Positions 35,061-48,900 of a stretch of 64,000 nt of DNA are shown piece after piece. The notes beneath the pieces were generated by a model, which saw nothing but the letters and a program-made list of their open reading frames with translations, had not been told where the DNA came from and made no database searches. Numbering within the stretch: position 1 is the first letter of the stretch; the number at the start of each line of letters is the position of its first letter. The translations under genes were made by a program, and so were the position numbers. This stretch comes from Raillietiella orientalis. Lineage: Eukaryota. The stretch covers positions 1,240,001 through 1,304,000 of the forward strand of contig JAYWIR010000040.1 in assembly GCA_036172245.1 (NCBI GenBank). The letters run 5' to 3'.

Positions 35061-38049
35061 AATTTCCAAAGCCTCCACGGCAGCTAGTTGACCCTCTTTA
35101 GAGAATATGGCATTTCTCGGAGAAATTATGATCAAGATCGCTGAGGATCACTCAGAAAATATAGGAAATAGCCAAAAGAGCATTCAATGACGATGCTGAT
35201 ACCACTTTAGGCAGGCTGGGTTCATTCATTCAAGACAGCAGATATCGTTATTGCAGATCTGAGGACCAATCTTCATAGGGCAACGTCTCGCTAGGAATCT
35301 GCTAGGCCTGTAGCATCGACCGTTCAGGAGCCCGGCCTTCCACCGAGTGGAATCATCCCAGCTGCTGAACCGGACTGCCTTTCAGTTGCCCGAAAAAAAA
35401 ATGTTCGCAAACTTTATCCATCCCGTGGAAAGTACTGCCACGGCATACGCCTTAGGCCGTTTTCGCAGTCGCTGCGAAAGCAAACTGCGAGCTCGGAGAG
35501 CTCGGAACCCTTTTTTCCTCTGTATAAGGGATTGCCTCGTACCCTGGAATCGACTCGTAATCGTAGAGTTCCCTCCACGGATGATGGAAATCCCTTTGGG
35601 TTCCTTTTTGCCGCCAACAGTCCTCAAACCGTCCTTCAACCACCAGCCGACAGTCGCATGCAACTGGCCACTATTCCTAGTTACGACGCTGACCGCAGTA
35701 TCAAAGATCAGAGCCATTCGACCTCTGGGCTGGTTGGCAATACGAGCCTACGCCGCCAGACAGGTCTTCCGAAAGAAAAAGAGAAGCACTCGATGGGTGG
35801 AAGACAATCAAATCTCTGCACCACTAACGAACCTTAGGTCATCCTTAAACTCACTCAGGTCATCTGTGGCGCTTTACCATTAGTCGGAAGAATAATGCAA
35901 ACGTGCTTCCATGGTACAAATCACTCCACCAAACGACTGGAGGATCAAAGAAAGCAATCGCCCAGCAGACACGCAGTGTTTCTCAGAAGAAACAGATTCA
36001 ATTTATGCAATAATTTATCGAGAAAGAGTTTTATCGAGAAAGAAGTTACAGAAAAATGGGTGGGCCAAATGAGAAAGCGTACAGCATCAAGACGCTGCAT
36101 GCATGCAACAAGTCTCAAAGTACAGACTTCCCCTCAAGGGGAAGGGGGGAAGCATCCGAAAACGAACGAGGAGAAAAGAGGGAAAGTTGAACACATCGGT
36201 GGAATGTGCGAGCAGCCAATGAAGAAGCATAAATCTCGAGGACTGACACGGAAAAGATTCAAAAGATGGGTGCGAGAAGGAATCTTGGAGAAATGCTTAG
36301 AATGAAAGTTCAGAAAAATGTGTACATCCTGAAAGGAAATGTTTCCCACCCAATTTTTCCACACTTAAGTGACCGCTGCCATCCGCAATTGGGCAGAACC
36401 CCCGCCAAAGACAACGAAGAAATGTGAGAGGAGCTGACTTTATGGGAACAAGATCGTAGAAGATCGTACAAGACAAGGGTTCTGCAGCATCCTCTTCTGC
36501 ATTTGGAAACCGGGAAGAATTAAGGGATGCAAAGTACAAATAAAATCCCTATTTAAGGAAAACGTAAGGGTGCACGGCCAGAGCGGGTTCCACATCTCGA
36601 ACCTCTCATCACGCTCAAGCCATTCCATTATGGCGGATCGGAAACCCCCACTAAAGAGAGACTTTCGTCTACGAAGGCATGGAATCGCATCAGCACGCAT
36701 CAGTCCGTTCAGTCCTGCAATGGGAAACTGCTTTGAAGGACACCGCGCAAAAAAACCGGATGGCAATACACACAGACTTTCTGCCAGGAATGGCAACAGA
36801 GAACTCCAGGGACCACGCAGACACAGAGAGATTCGTAGAGCGCCGTCCAATCTCTCTCTCGAGCCATCGCACCCCCCAAAACAGAGCAGGGAGGCGGAGG
36901 AGGAGGGATTGCACTAGACTCACCTTACTTGGTTTCTTAGGCAAGGAACGTTCCTCCAGGACGCACGGCGCCCATGCAAACGTGGAAGCGAACAACTCTC
37001 CTGGAGGTACCTTGGAGTCGTCGCTGGCTTCCTCACGAACACCCACACCACGGCCACCTTCTTCGCTTCCCTGCACGATTCATGGCCTGATAAAGCGAAC
37101 GGCCTGCATCGTCGCGCATGCGCCGACTGCAGGCCGCGGTGGAAACTCCCCCTCCCGTTTGCCCCGGTTACGCTCCCGCGCCCTCGGGATGCCCTCCGCC
37201 GTCGCGCCACGGGCGACGACGGAGCGCGCGCGGCGCCGCGCGAATCCTTGCGCCGTCGGTCAACCCCCGGGCTGCCACTGACAGGCGTTCCCCAGACGTC
37301 CGTGACCCCGTCTGACTCAGAAAAGCCGTTTCCTGTGATGTCGCGGCTGGAAGGCAGAATCGGCGTGCGTGCGTGCGCATTGCCTCCGCAGTGAGGACTC
37401 GGAGGGGCCATTCCCGGACGCACCCTGCACGTCCGAACGTCTTGTCCACATCGCCAGCTTCTTTGCCGTGCGTGATTTGGGACCTTCGGCGTCCTTCCAT
37501 GTTCGAACGGCTTCCGGTCAAGCAAGGTCAAGGATGACCCTCTCCGAGAAAGGTAGTTTCGAAAACACTCGCCGTGGGCACGGAGGGCACCCATACTGTG
37601 CAACCCCTTCTGAGTTTGACCTTTGTGGCCCTTTGCTCTGTGCTGCCGAAGGTGGACGAAGGTGCGGTTTGCTGAATTCAGCCTCACACTCACGTGCTTT
37701 CCCTTTTCCGCTTTCGATCATTTGCATGGTTACCCAGCCTTCTTCGAGGATACCCGCCCTTCTCCAGTAGAGGACTTACTAGTCGCTTCGAGGAAGGGAT
37801 GGTCCGCAGCGAGAAGTCTGAACCTTCCTTTCGCAGCGGAAGGCGCAGAGCTGTTCCCGCTGGTAGACCGCCAATTCTTCATTGCAGCCCTGGAGAACTT
37901 TTCGGATTCTCGGCGAGAGGAGAATCCGCCCGCGCTGGAGGCCGTGTGACTGCGGCCTCCGCGCGTAACTCCAAGCGTGTGGGTTCGAATCCCCACGTAG
38001 AGGATCGACGCCGAGACATGGGTGCGCCGCGAGTTCGAATCCTCCCCGC

Positions 38050-38330
38050 AGGATGACGCTGGTGGGCTCATTCCTGTGCTGCACCTGTGGAAGCCGGATG
38101 TCCCCGTTGACTGGCCGGGATTGTAAGTTGACCTCCTGGGTCCTTCCAGGATTCAAGAAGCCATTCCCCTCCAGTTGTGAAAATGGAGCCGTTCTCACTC
38201 CCCTCGGGGGGAGGGAGAGGGAGGAGAGGGGAGGGTTCCTCCATCGTAGTACCATAGAGCTGGTTGATACCTCTCCAGAGTGCCAAGAAGCAAACTGTTC
38301 CCTTCGGGAAGCGCCCATTCGTTTGATGCA
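38050..38330 (-). repeat. Family D copy (3' half)
   Basis: Aligns with 45480-45745 (GAGCTGGTTG..ACCTCTCC.GAGTGC, GTTGACTGGCCGGGATTG). Confidence 0.75.
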
Positions 38331-38609
38331 CATTTATCATATATATAAATGCATATTAATGTATATAATAAACATATATTTAGCTTTCGTAATCCTTAAG
38401 ATATACATTAATAATATATTAATACTCATTAATTATAGATCACAAATATAAATGTCAATAAATACTGACCCTTTGTGTGCGGATTTCGTCAGATTGAAAG
38501 GTTCCGTGCTGACGGCACGCGAGTGGGCCGTCGGGGTGGCGTGCGTTTTCGCGTGCCGCGTGCTCCATCGAGGTGCCCATTGACTACATAAAGTGCTGAT
38601 TAAAGTCAC

Positions 38610-39680
38610 TCTTGTTTATTTACACCACATTCAATAAAATAGTTCCATTTTATTGAATTTAAGTCCAGGATGGGAGCCTGCCGCACGCAGGAATGCCAGT
38701 TTCCTTCATCAAGAGTCCTTACATCCCGGGCGTTGCACGTGCCGCCCCTCGCCAGCTTCCTCCTCCTGATGGGGGTGCTCCTCGGGTCGAAGACGACCAT
38801 CACCCGCACGGTGGGGTTGTAGAGGGGGGCGCGCCGTCTTCGCCCTCCAACGGTCCTCGCAGGATGTCCAGATTAGAGGTGCTGTCCAATCCGATGGCCC
38901 GCCGCACCGCTTCCCGGTCCCGGAAGAGGATGCGGCAGGTCGATCCGCAAGCCGGGCGTCTGGTCGTTGCCGGGGTTCCTGGTCCAGCGTCGGAGTCCCG
39001 TCCCGCACGGGACGAGACTCCGACTGAATGTCCGGCGTTGGAGAGGACTTCCAGAGCACCGATGGCCGATGGCCTGCAGGCAGACTGCCGGTTCCCCGAA
39101 CCCGCCCCGCGTCCCCTGAGGTGGCTACGACCGGCATCTGCAGGTTGTCGCCTCGGGCGCCCACCCTGGACCACTGCGCTCCCTGGGTTTGCCAGAGCTC
39201 GCGGGTCCCGTGGGTTACCCAGCCTTGCCTCGAGCGCCTGTACGCGAGGACTCGCACCGCGCGGGTAACTCCGCTGGTGACCAGTCGCTCGCACCAGGCG
39301 CTTAGGGTCACTTTTCCCTGTTGGCGGAGCACCAAACTTGCGTTTCCCAAGGGACGCTGATGAACCGCGGGATCAGCTTGGCGAGCTGCCTGTCCCACAG
39401 TTCCCTGCTCCTCGGGACGATCCTCAGCTTCAGCGTCTTCGCGAGGTTGCGCAGCTCCCTCGGACATGGGGCCGTCGGTTCCCAGCAGCATCCTCGCCTA
39501 CGCCCTGTGGGACGCAGCTGCAACAGGATGCTGTTCTCGGTTTTCCAGAGAGGTGACTCTCTGAAAAAGCGGGAACAGTTAGCCGATAGGAATGGAATTT
39601 TGTTTACTGCCGTTGCCAAGGCGATTACAAGAACGTAAGTGTATGCGGCGTCCATTTCAAACATGGATCGCGTCAACCCA
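38610..39680 (-). mobile_element. Diverged family A-related 3' fragment
   Basis: LKLRIVPRSRELWDRQLAKLIP resembles IKIVPRSRELWQEESILVIP; VRRAIGLDSTSNLDILRG resembles LKRIIGLNNKSVMEILAG; ends near AATAAA. Confidence 0.75.
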
Positions 39681-39829
39681 TGTCACCGCTCACAAAAACA
39701 TTTGCCAAGGCATATGCGAGTCCACAATCCACGCCGATCGTTTTCGCCGGACCCATAGATACGTCCACAGCGCAGGCATCTATGGGTCCCATGGGTTTCG
39801 TCGGACTCATCTGTGAGTCCATAGTACTC

Positions 39830-40100
39830 AAAGGGTTAAGAGAAATCGGGGAGTGTCCCTTCAGGGTTCTCTTCAAAGGAGGAAACGGGGGGCGCTTCGA
39901 AGAAGGAATGAAGAACGGCCCCTTCCATGGGCTCCCTCCGGAGAGAACAAGGAAGAGGTCCTTTTCGGGGTTCGCTTCGGAGACAACTAGGGCAAGGATT
40001 CCCTTCGGGGTTCCCTCCCAAGCGTAATAGGAACAGAATCCTTCCTTCCTGGATTCATAGGGTGGTCCTTTCCAGGGGTAACCCCTGTGACTTGAAGAGT
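39830..40100 (-). repeat. Family D copy (5' half)
   Basis: The reverse complement reads CTTCAAG...GGGGTTACCCC...CCCTATGAATCCAGGAAGGA. Confidence 0.75.
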
Positions 40101-40324
40101 CACGCGCACCCTCGGGCGGAGTGTCCAAGGGCTCTGTGAATGCCTCCCCCTCCCCCCCATCCTTCCCCAAGGAGGTGAACGGCACTTGGCAAACTCAAAA
40201 AAGGGCGTTCGACGCTCTCTTCCTTGTGCTCCTCTTTTCCTCGTTTGAACCATGGCTGACCTCCGCGAGGACCAAACCTCCCTTCCCACCAGACCGTGGG
40301 AAAGACGCGTGAGAAATTTTCCGC

Positions 40325-40900
40325 CATTTCACCCAGTTGCGTCGGGCCGTTTATGAGATTCAATAAACATACAAAGGCAGTGGTAGGACTGTCGCTCTAC
40401 CACGTCCACTGATGAAAGGACCCTACGGGTTGCTGGTGAGCAGACCGGCGAGGATAGCTTCAACAGCAGAGGGGAGGGGGGCAAACAAAAAGAAAACGAA
40501 ATTAAATAAATAGAAAAACACCTTGGGGGGCTCGGAAGGAAATCTTTTTCTGCATAGGGGAGTCCTCTGCATCCTTCTAAGGATGCCGGCAAGTTCAGGC
40601 TGCATAATTCCCAGATGGGGTCATCCCGATGCTATCCTCAAGGTGCGGACCGCACAATGGATGACGCCCCTATCGTTCTGGCCTCTTCCAGCGGTTCACC
40701 AGGCAGCCACGATCCCGCGTAGGCGGCAGAGAGCTGCTGGGGATGCGGCAAGCGGTAGGGCGTGGCGTACGAAGAGGCGTTTTTGAGGCTACCGTCGAGG
40801 TCCCAGGGTCGTGGCAGGACATTCTCACAGGGTCTGGAAGGCAACACAATCCACAAGCAGGTGCGCTAGGAATTCTCATTTCCCGAACCTGGCACAGCCT
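40325..40900 (-). mobile_element. Family B 3' end (Zn finger to terminal stem-loop)
   Basis: CARFGK..FLAHLLVDC, GIVAAW, LAGILRRMQRT, and the terminal CCCG...CTGGGTGAAA motif. Confidence 0.8.
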
Positions 40901-40909
40901 GGGACCACC

Positions 40910-41695
40910 ATTGTGTCGCGAAGTGGGCCTGGAGGTGAGCAGAGCAAAGTCGCCGGTGGTTGAAGTCGGTGCAGCGTGGGCTGGGCTGCTGGACAGAATC
41001 CTCACGAGCAGGAGCTCAAAGTATCCCGGCGTCCCGTTTGGAGAATTCTCTCCATCAGAGCCGTGGTCCGGCCGCCTTCAGAAGGAAGATCTGGTGCTCA
41101 GCCCCTTTCAAGAGGGCAATTTTCACTTTCTGCAGCAAGCCACGGTGTGGAACACCTTTGTGGCCCCCTCCTTCGCCCCATGCTTTTCGTTTGCACTGCC
41201 CCTACAGAAGCAGAAAAGTGGACCGGGGACTTCGGAGTCCACTTGGAAGACTTGTGTGCTCCACCTCGAGACAGTGTATGGGCCTCCTTACGTTGGAGAG
41301 AATGGAGCCACAGCTCCAGTGGGGGACACCGGCCTTCGTGACAAGCAACTGGCTCACCCTGCACGTCCCCTAGTCATCAGAGTAGCCAGTCTCGAAGGAC
41401 TCGCATCCTTCCTCACGCGTTGCTGAAACGAGTACGGAAATGCATAGTCATGTCACGGCGGGTCACTGCACTGATACGGGAGGACAGCCGGATCCACTGC
41501 TGCCCCGTGAACGGTAACGTCTGGTCACGGGAAACCGCTCGTGCGTGGGCAGAGCGGATCTCCGTTGCCGTAGCGCTGCCCTGCCTGAAGAAGCCGATTG
41601 GCAGCAGCCTGCCGGCAAGATGGAAAGTCTCTTGCGAACTAGTCTCCAGAAGGAAAGCGTCCAGGTGCGTGGACCACAAGCCAGCTGTGACCTAG
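40910..41695 (+). mobile_element. Family B RT/post-RT fragment, inverted relative to the adjacent 3' end
   Basis: GLEVSRAKS, KYPGV, GLLTLERMEPQLQW and SSLPARWKVS align with the 29.5 kb and 54 kb copies. Confidence 0.8.
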
Positions 41696-44600
41696 AGTGC
41701 CCCACCTAAAGGGCCTTTACGCTGGGGTGAGCCGCTAGGAATTGCACCCGCTTCCACTAGGGAGCTAGGGACTGCGCCCCCCGTCTCCATGTCGCCTTCT
41801 TCAGTGACGGAATCTGGAACCCCTGTCTCTTCCGCGTCACCGGGGCTACACGCAACCCACGAACGGGAGAAATCGGCGCCGCTCCCTGAAATGTGAGACC
41901 TGCCCAGAAGACGCCCGGAGGAGCGCGTCTCCGGCGTCGGGCCTGAGCCGCCGTCGAGTGGCCCCAGGAAGGGCTCCGAGCAGAGGTTGAGGCGACGCTC
42001 CGTCTTTCCGGGGCGCCTCCTCAACTCGCCCCCTTGGTCGCTCAGCTGGCTGGGAGGGGCAGCTCGCTGCCCTCAGAATTCACGGGAAAAAACAGCGCGG
42101 ATCGGACGGAGAGGACTTCCCGCGCACGAGGGTGGGGGGCCGGTCGGCCGGGACCACGAGATGCAGGGAGGAGCTTTTGCTGCCGCGACCGGTCGGAGCT
42201 GTTCGGCAGCCGTTGGCCTACCGGTCCAGAACGCGACCTCCCCTCCCCGTCTCCTCGCTCTGTCGGATCGCCTCTTCCCTCGCGACGGTGAATTCCGTCA
42301 CCGCAGCGGAGCCCCCCGTCCCATCGGATCGCCGCTTGGTTCCCGCCCCCTGATCGGATTTTTCCACCCCCGGGAGCGACGAGCTCTACCCCCACGATAG
42401 GGCGGGTGCTTCCGAGACAGCGACGTCGTACCGCACCTTTCCCGGAGCGGGTGGGAAGACCCGCAGGAGTCACGTTCCCTTCTCCGGCGTCCCGGGGCGG
42501 CGATCGAGTGCCATGCCGCGTGCCCCGCCGAATGCCCTCCGGATGGAGTAATTCCCGCAGGGAATTCTCACCTGGTCGCTCTAGGGAGAACTCCGAGATC
42601 CCGTGCGCTTCCCGGTCGACGTCTCCGTCCTCTCTCTTCGGCACCACCAGACCGACATCTTGCTGGTCGGTACACTGGGCGCCCCCTCTCCGCTACAAGA
42701 GCACCGCGCATGATGCGGGAGACTACGCCGGAGATTGAAGCTCATCCCAGTGCGGCGCTTTCTCTCCCGACCCGGAGGACCCCTTCCGGGAGGGATCCGT
42801 ACGTTCACGCTTGCTGTCTTCACGTCGCCGACGACACCCGTCACGTTACTGCGACAGCGACGGTGATCGCCCGGAATGTTAGAGGAGGGACGCAACAGAC
42901 CTTATTTCGGACAGTCGCTGGCGATCGTCGTCTCCTCCTACGCGCTGAGGGCCGCCAAACGGCCTAGTCGGGACACAGGGAGCGAAAGAACCTTCCCACG
43001 CTTGCGGGCACACCGGGACCCGATACCGGCGAGCGCGCCCCCCTTCCGTCCCTTCCCTGGGCCCGACGCAGGTCCCCTGGAGTCCAAGTGAGCAGCGTGA
43101 GACCGGTCCGTCCCACTCCCCATTTATTGATCCATCCGTTGTTCCCCCTCCTCTCCCTCTACTCCTCCCTGATTCTGTCCACTGCGAGGGCAGTCCCTTT
43201 GGGTTTGGACCGACGCATGCCGGCCCTTCCCTGTCCATGGCAGCGTAATTCCATTGACTGATTGGAACTCGACGGTCCGGCTGTCCGGGATGAGGAGGTC
43301 ATGTCAGAGCGTTCATTGTAAAATGTGATCGACAAGTACACAGAGGATATGTATAAAAAAGAAAGGAGTGGGATGGGGATGGGGTAGTCTGTAGGAGTCC
43401 AGGAGGCGTATTCTCTGGCAGCAGATTGTCCAGAGAGGTCCACACAGGAGGAAAAAAGCGGAGAAGGGAGAAAAGGGCGCAAAATATTCCCTTCACATCA
43501 CCAAGGGGTGGACAGAGGGAGGGCATGGAGTGGAACTGCAACCGCCACCCTGGCGCATCCTCGGCATCCCATCCAGGCTGCGGGAGAGTTCCTCCTCGCA
43601 GTGCAAGGATCGCTGGCTTTGGATCGCCCCCTCGTCTTCCTCGGGCAGAGGATACGGTGAGGGTGGTGCACGAGGCCTATTCCGGCCGTGGCTTCTCGCT
43701 GCCACGGCTCCGTGGACGCAGCCCGCGGCTGCGGTCGCCGCGGCTGGAGGCAGAAGCGCGACGGCGGGTGCAGCACGATTGAGCCCGGGGCGGCGCGCGA
43801 CTGCGTGTGAAAGAGTGCGTGGTAAAGAGTGGCGTGCTGCTGACTGGGTCGGCAGAGAGCGCCTGGAAATGCCTGGAGTAGAAGACTGCACGTCCTTTTG
43901 CCACGTGGATCCGCAGTGATGCGTCTCCAGACCACAAGGCGAACCTTTTCAATCCAAGAGCGACTCGGTTCGGTTCCCGAGGACCCCGGGTCTTTCTGCC
44001 GCATCCCTTGTCCACCCACTCCCCCGTGCCGGCTTCCAGCTGGCGCCGTAGGTTGCGCTTCCATCGAAGGGAGCGCGAACCTGGCACTTGAGGAGAGACC
44101 TCACCTTCCTAATGGCAATCCTCCAGTCAGACCCGGGATCCCCGTCTGCCCTGGGAGGGAATCAGCACACAGAGACTTCTCCAAAGGAGTGGTCGGTGTG
44201 AGTGCGCTGTTAATTAGGTTTTGCAGCGCGTCCCCTCTTTCGAAGGGCTGCTAGCAGCTCGTCGCGGATACTAGTGCTGCGTCCTGCCGATAGATGCCAC
44301 TGCCTCGATCCTCACCGGCAAAAGCGCGTTCATCGCTCCCGCCTCGAGAGCCAGCTCCACACCTTGAAGATGGGGTAGGGTACTTCGGAAATGCGCTGCC
44401 CTACCGCTCCCCAAGTCCACCCGAAGTGGATGCGTCCACAATTGTCGAAAATTCTTTTCAGCGGTCTGCAGATGCTGCTGGAGTCAGCGTGTCCGTTTCG
44501 CCACCTCCTTTCCGACGATGCCTGTGGGGCTGAAGGCACATCGTGCCCTCCCTTCGGGAACGTCAGTCGCCGGTGGCGATGCAGGATGCATTCCTTCCCC

Positions 44601-45399
44601 CTCCCTCCTCTTCCGAATATTTCGCAAATGAAGGGAGTTCGGTGCCGACACGGGTGCTCGGATCTCGGGAGGAGCCCAGAGCTTCCGCTTGTCGAGCAGC
44701 TTCTCGAAAGGTGTTACTTTTGTGCATTGGGAGAGCATGACGTGGGGAGACTTGGGGGGAGCAATGTGGTGCTCGCCGGCTACCCGTTTGCATCCCAGAG
44801 TGGCCTTGAAACCCCAACCGCGCGTCCCGTTCACGGAAGGCACACCCACTCGCGCGTCGGTAGTTCCTCCCGAGCCTGGGATGAGAGCCAGCGTCCAGGC
44901 TTTCTGGCTCCCGGTGACCCTCCTGCTGCGAGCTTTCGACTGAGGGTGCCGGACGATCAGCCTGGGTCTGTGGCTGCCGAGGCCGCGGACGTGCTCGCTT
45001 ACAGGAACGCCGGGTTCAGAATGGGTAACCCTGGCCGTCGTTCGCTTCATGGCTCCCGGGAAAGGAGCGTTTCGTAGCGACCGTGCTGTCACCGAGGATG
45101 CTCGCGCGAAGTGGCCGGCGTGTGGCTGCGCAATGTCTTTCCCTACAGGTGCGTCCGTTGCCTCGAGGTTGCGAATTGCTCCGGGGGACACCGAAAGCTC
45201 CCCGCCGCGCCAGAGAAGGCGGATCGGTGAGGATAGTCGTCCCGCTGCGGACGGTTGGGAAAATCTCCAGACGCCTTAACGCGGCCTGCAGGAGCAGCCT
45301 GACCTTGCAGCAGTTCAGTGCCCACAGACTTCGTGCGAGGCTGGGAAGCCCGAACTCCCGCGCTCCCCCTCGCGGCCAGCGCCCCTGAAACTCGAGGAA

Positions 45400-45995
45400 C
45401 ACTGGTTGGCCGCAGCCGGGGAGAAGATGCGCTCTCCCCTCCCCCTGGCAAAATAGATGGCATTCCTGTCGTCCTGGCCTCCTCTGGTGTTGCTCCATGC
45501 TGCCACAGGTGAGGTACTGGTGGAAGCCGGAAACTCCCAGGTGCCATCGTTGACTGGCCGGGATTGGAATTCGACCCTCCAGGGTGCCTTCCGGAAATCA
45601 AGGAGCACCAGTTCCCTTAGTGGTTAACCCCTCCGGTTGTGAAAATGAGGTCGTTCTCCCCTCGAAGGGACCCTCCGTCTCGTACTATGGAGCTGGTTGG
45701 CACCTCTCCCGAGTGCAAGAAGCGCGCTGCTCCCTTTGGGGAGCATCCTTAAGAGAAATTGGATGGCACCTCTTCGGTGAGTTCTTCAGAGGGAGAAAGT
45801 AGGAGCAAAGGATGCTTCCTGGGGGTCCCTGTGGAGAGGAAATGACGAGGAGTCTTTCCGGGAGTCCCTCCATAGTCAACCAGAGCGAAGGTTCCCTTCA
45901 GGGTTCCCCCCAGGCGTAAGAGGAACGAATCCCTTTCTCTGGAGTCTTCACGGATTCATAGGGTGGTCCCCTCTTGGGGTACCCCCTAACTTGAA
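45400..45995 (-). repeat. Family D copy (longest)
   Basis: Contains both the CCCTATGAATCC half and the GCGCGCTTCTTGCAC half, which links the D segments into one family. Confidence 0.75.
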
Positions 45996-48900
45996 GGTGG
46001 AGTGGGCAGCGTTAAAGAGAACCGCGAGTCTCCACAAGGAGGCGAGCGGCTTTTTCAGTATTCCTTGACTACCCCAAAAAGAAAAGAAGTTCGCAGGTAA
46101 CCCGCTTGGGCACGCGCGCAGTGGTTGCGATGGACTGCGCTCCGAGGATGACCTCAGAACACCAGGGCCTCGTCGTTCTGCGTGTGGACTTCCCTGAAAG
46201 GCGTCGGCGTTGCTACTCTGCAATGCTTGTTTTGGAAGTTTCCATGCAGAAAACTCCCCACCAACGTTTTCCAAAACGAATGGGCCCGTTTGTCTTCCAG
46301 AATGGGGCTGTTTGTCTGGAGGAGGTGAGCTCGTTCACTTCCTCCAGGCTCCTAAGTGAGCGTTCTCGGTATTACCGTACAGACCTTCAACATGTGAAAC
46401 AGGCAGCTGTGGTACCGTGGGACGAGTGACCAACGTCCCACTGAACGATAGTGATACGGTCGCTGAATTGCCACGAGAGATGATCCTTCCTTCAAGATGA
46501 ATCTTCAACGTTCCTCCTAAGAAACGCCATCCATAAACCGAGTAACCTTCAGGGACAGGAAAAGAAGGAACCAGACAGCAGCCGTGAGGTGCCCGAGTTT
46601 TCCTGCGGAGGATTTCGAAAATGGCGGGTCGTGCGCGACGCGACGCGGTTGCGGGCTCGTCCGCTTCTGTCGCTGCTGTCGCTGTTCCCGCCGCTCAGGG
46701 CGCGGGCGCCGTCGTCGCCAACTCTGGCACAGTTTGTCGCCTTGAATGTGGACGCACCTCCCGGGGGGTGGCGGTTGCGTTCCTCTGGCCTCTCCCCCGA
46801 TGGATACGCCCCCGTTGGCGCTTGGGCCAAGATGAACGACCCCATCTCGGAGGGGTGGAACTGCCTGCGTCTTGGCGTGTACGCCTGCTGTTCGCCGCGG
46901 AAGATCCTGGAGAGTCTCAGCATGAGCACTGGGGCAGCGTTCCCTCCCTGTCGAGGGATACGAATGGCAGCAGCCAGCCGGCGAGACGGGAAGTCTCCTG
47001 TGAGCTCGCAGGCAGGAGGAAGGAGATGAGTGGTCGGGCCGTGGGGCAGCCGACCGGCGCTGCGACCCCAAGTGCCCTTCCGCGTGGACTTCTGCGCAGG
47101 GTATTGTCCACGGTGTCGTAGTATTTAGATTGGAAGAGTCTCCCGAGTAACCCGCATTGGTGATCATCATAGAGGTCTGCCCAATGGGAGCTCCCAGCTC
47201 AGCCTGGAGGGATTTCCATCGTAGCCAAAAAAAACTGTCCCCATCCCGATAGCCAGTGGGATGAATTTATTAGCAACACAAGCGACACGCGAAGACAGCA
47301 ATTTCACGGAATATCTGACGCATCTGCATCTGTTTCCAAGACGTCACTGTTGTGACACCAAGTGTCGTTTTACCGGGTTTTCTCTTTCGGTTCTGACCCA
47401 CAGGGATCGTTGGGCATCCCACTCACTCGGGTTATCCTCCATCATTTTCAAGATTCGTCCAGGATGGAATTCTGCCACAGTTTCTGACGCCGATCATCCT
47501 CTGGATGATTCCCCTGAAGAGGCCCATGGCAGGAGTTGCATCCCTCGAATCCCTCATTTTCGGCCCTCCTCATCCCGATGCTCGTGATGAAGACAGCAAT
47601 GGTTGTTCTCTCCATGGATTTGCATCAGGGAACGTTGCCTTCTCCTCCAAAACATCCCCTTCAGGATTTTCCATCCTTGTCACGCCTTCAGCGCTATTCA
47701 GTCTTGGCGAAGCAGCTGAGCACGTGAGGCTGGGTCTCTTTGTCTCCACATTCCAAGCGGAGCTCGTCTTGACGCTACAAGATCTCCAGGTCGCAGCTTC
47801 TGTGTCCTCGGATGAGACTCAGACAGAGAATGGAGTTGATACGTCTAGCAGCCATGTCGATTCACTCGTGGCTCAGCAGCATGCTTCTTCCCCTATGGAA
47901 GGAGAGAGGGGGAGCATCTTGTAGCTGCTCTAGGACGAGAGGCCCAGCGTGTATCGATCGTCTGCAACGAATACGCCCAAGATTTGTCGTTACCATCTGT
48001 TTACTCGGGACATCCTCGAAAGTTCAAAGGAGGTGTGCGTGTGGCGGCAGCGAGTGCAAGAAGGAGACGGGACCGTCGCGCAGTTACATCGCATCATATA
48101 TTCTAACTGGAGATGGACGCATCGCGAGTGGGGATGACTGGAGGATTCCATTCCACATTCGAATGCGCTGCAGATACTCCAAACGTCATGGAACGTTGTG
48201 GATGAATGGTCGACAGCTTGTCGCGAAATGCGTGGACGGGGATTCGTCGTTTCTTGAATCCATTAGGAACTCTGTACGCTGTTGGCAGCGGCAAAGAAAA
48301 AGCAAACAAACAAATGCTTTCGCTATGCTGAGGCCGCCTGCAAAGCCAACTGCCCTTTTAACTTCGAGTGCCTTCAACGTTAGACGGACGCATCTGAAAA
48401 CTTAGCATCGTTTGAGCGCAGATCCCGAGAAGCTGAAGGTGCAGCGACAGAGTTGACTGCTCTCCAGAGAGGAACCTGAGTTGGTTGTTGAAGATTCGGT
48501 TACTCGTGCCGCTCATGTCGGTGATGCTCGTGGACACTTTCACGCAAGCCTTCCTACGAAAAAGACACAGTCCTCCTGGTCGACACGTCGTCGACCACCT
48601 CGAGTGAACTGAGTTTCGACAACGAGGCAACGTTCATAAACTCTTATGGTGGGAAGGTGATCCGAAAGAAGTGGCTTCTGATGGACTTCAATGGACGACC
48701 TCTGTAGCGTTGACTCCGTGCATCTTCCAGCTTCATATTCGAACTGAGTACATAACGTGCATTCACTTGCTACAAGAGGAATATCTCACATTGGTCCATG
48801 GTGAATTTGAAATACCCACAAGGCGCCGAATTCGCAGAACAATCGCAGGACGAACTGTAAGAAGAAATACAAACAGCTGAAGAAAGATCTGGAAGAATTT

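Noticed and set aside
46900..47150. RT-like text on the minus strand (YYDTVD, GCPTARPL)
   Set aside because: The motifs are too degenerate and no YADD follows; not supportable as a feature.
47949..48137. Protein tyrosine phosphatase-like VAQLHRIIYSNW
   Set aside because: No WPD loop or HCxxGxxR motif follows.
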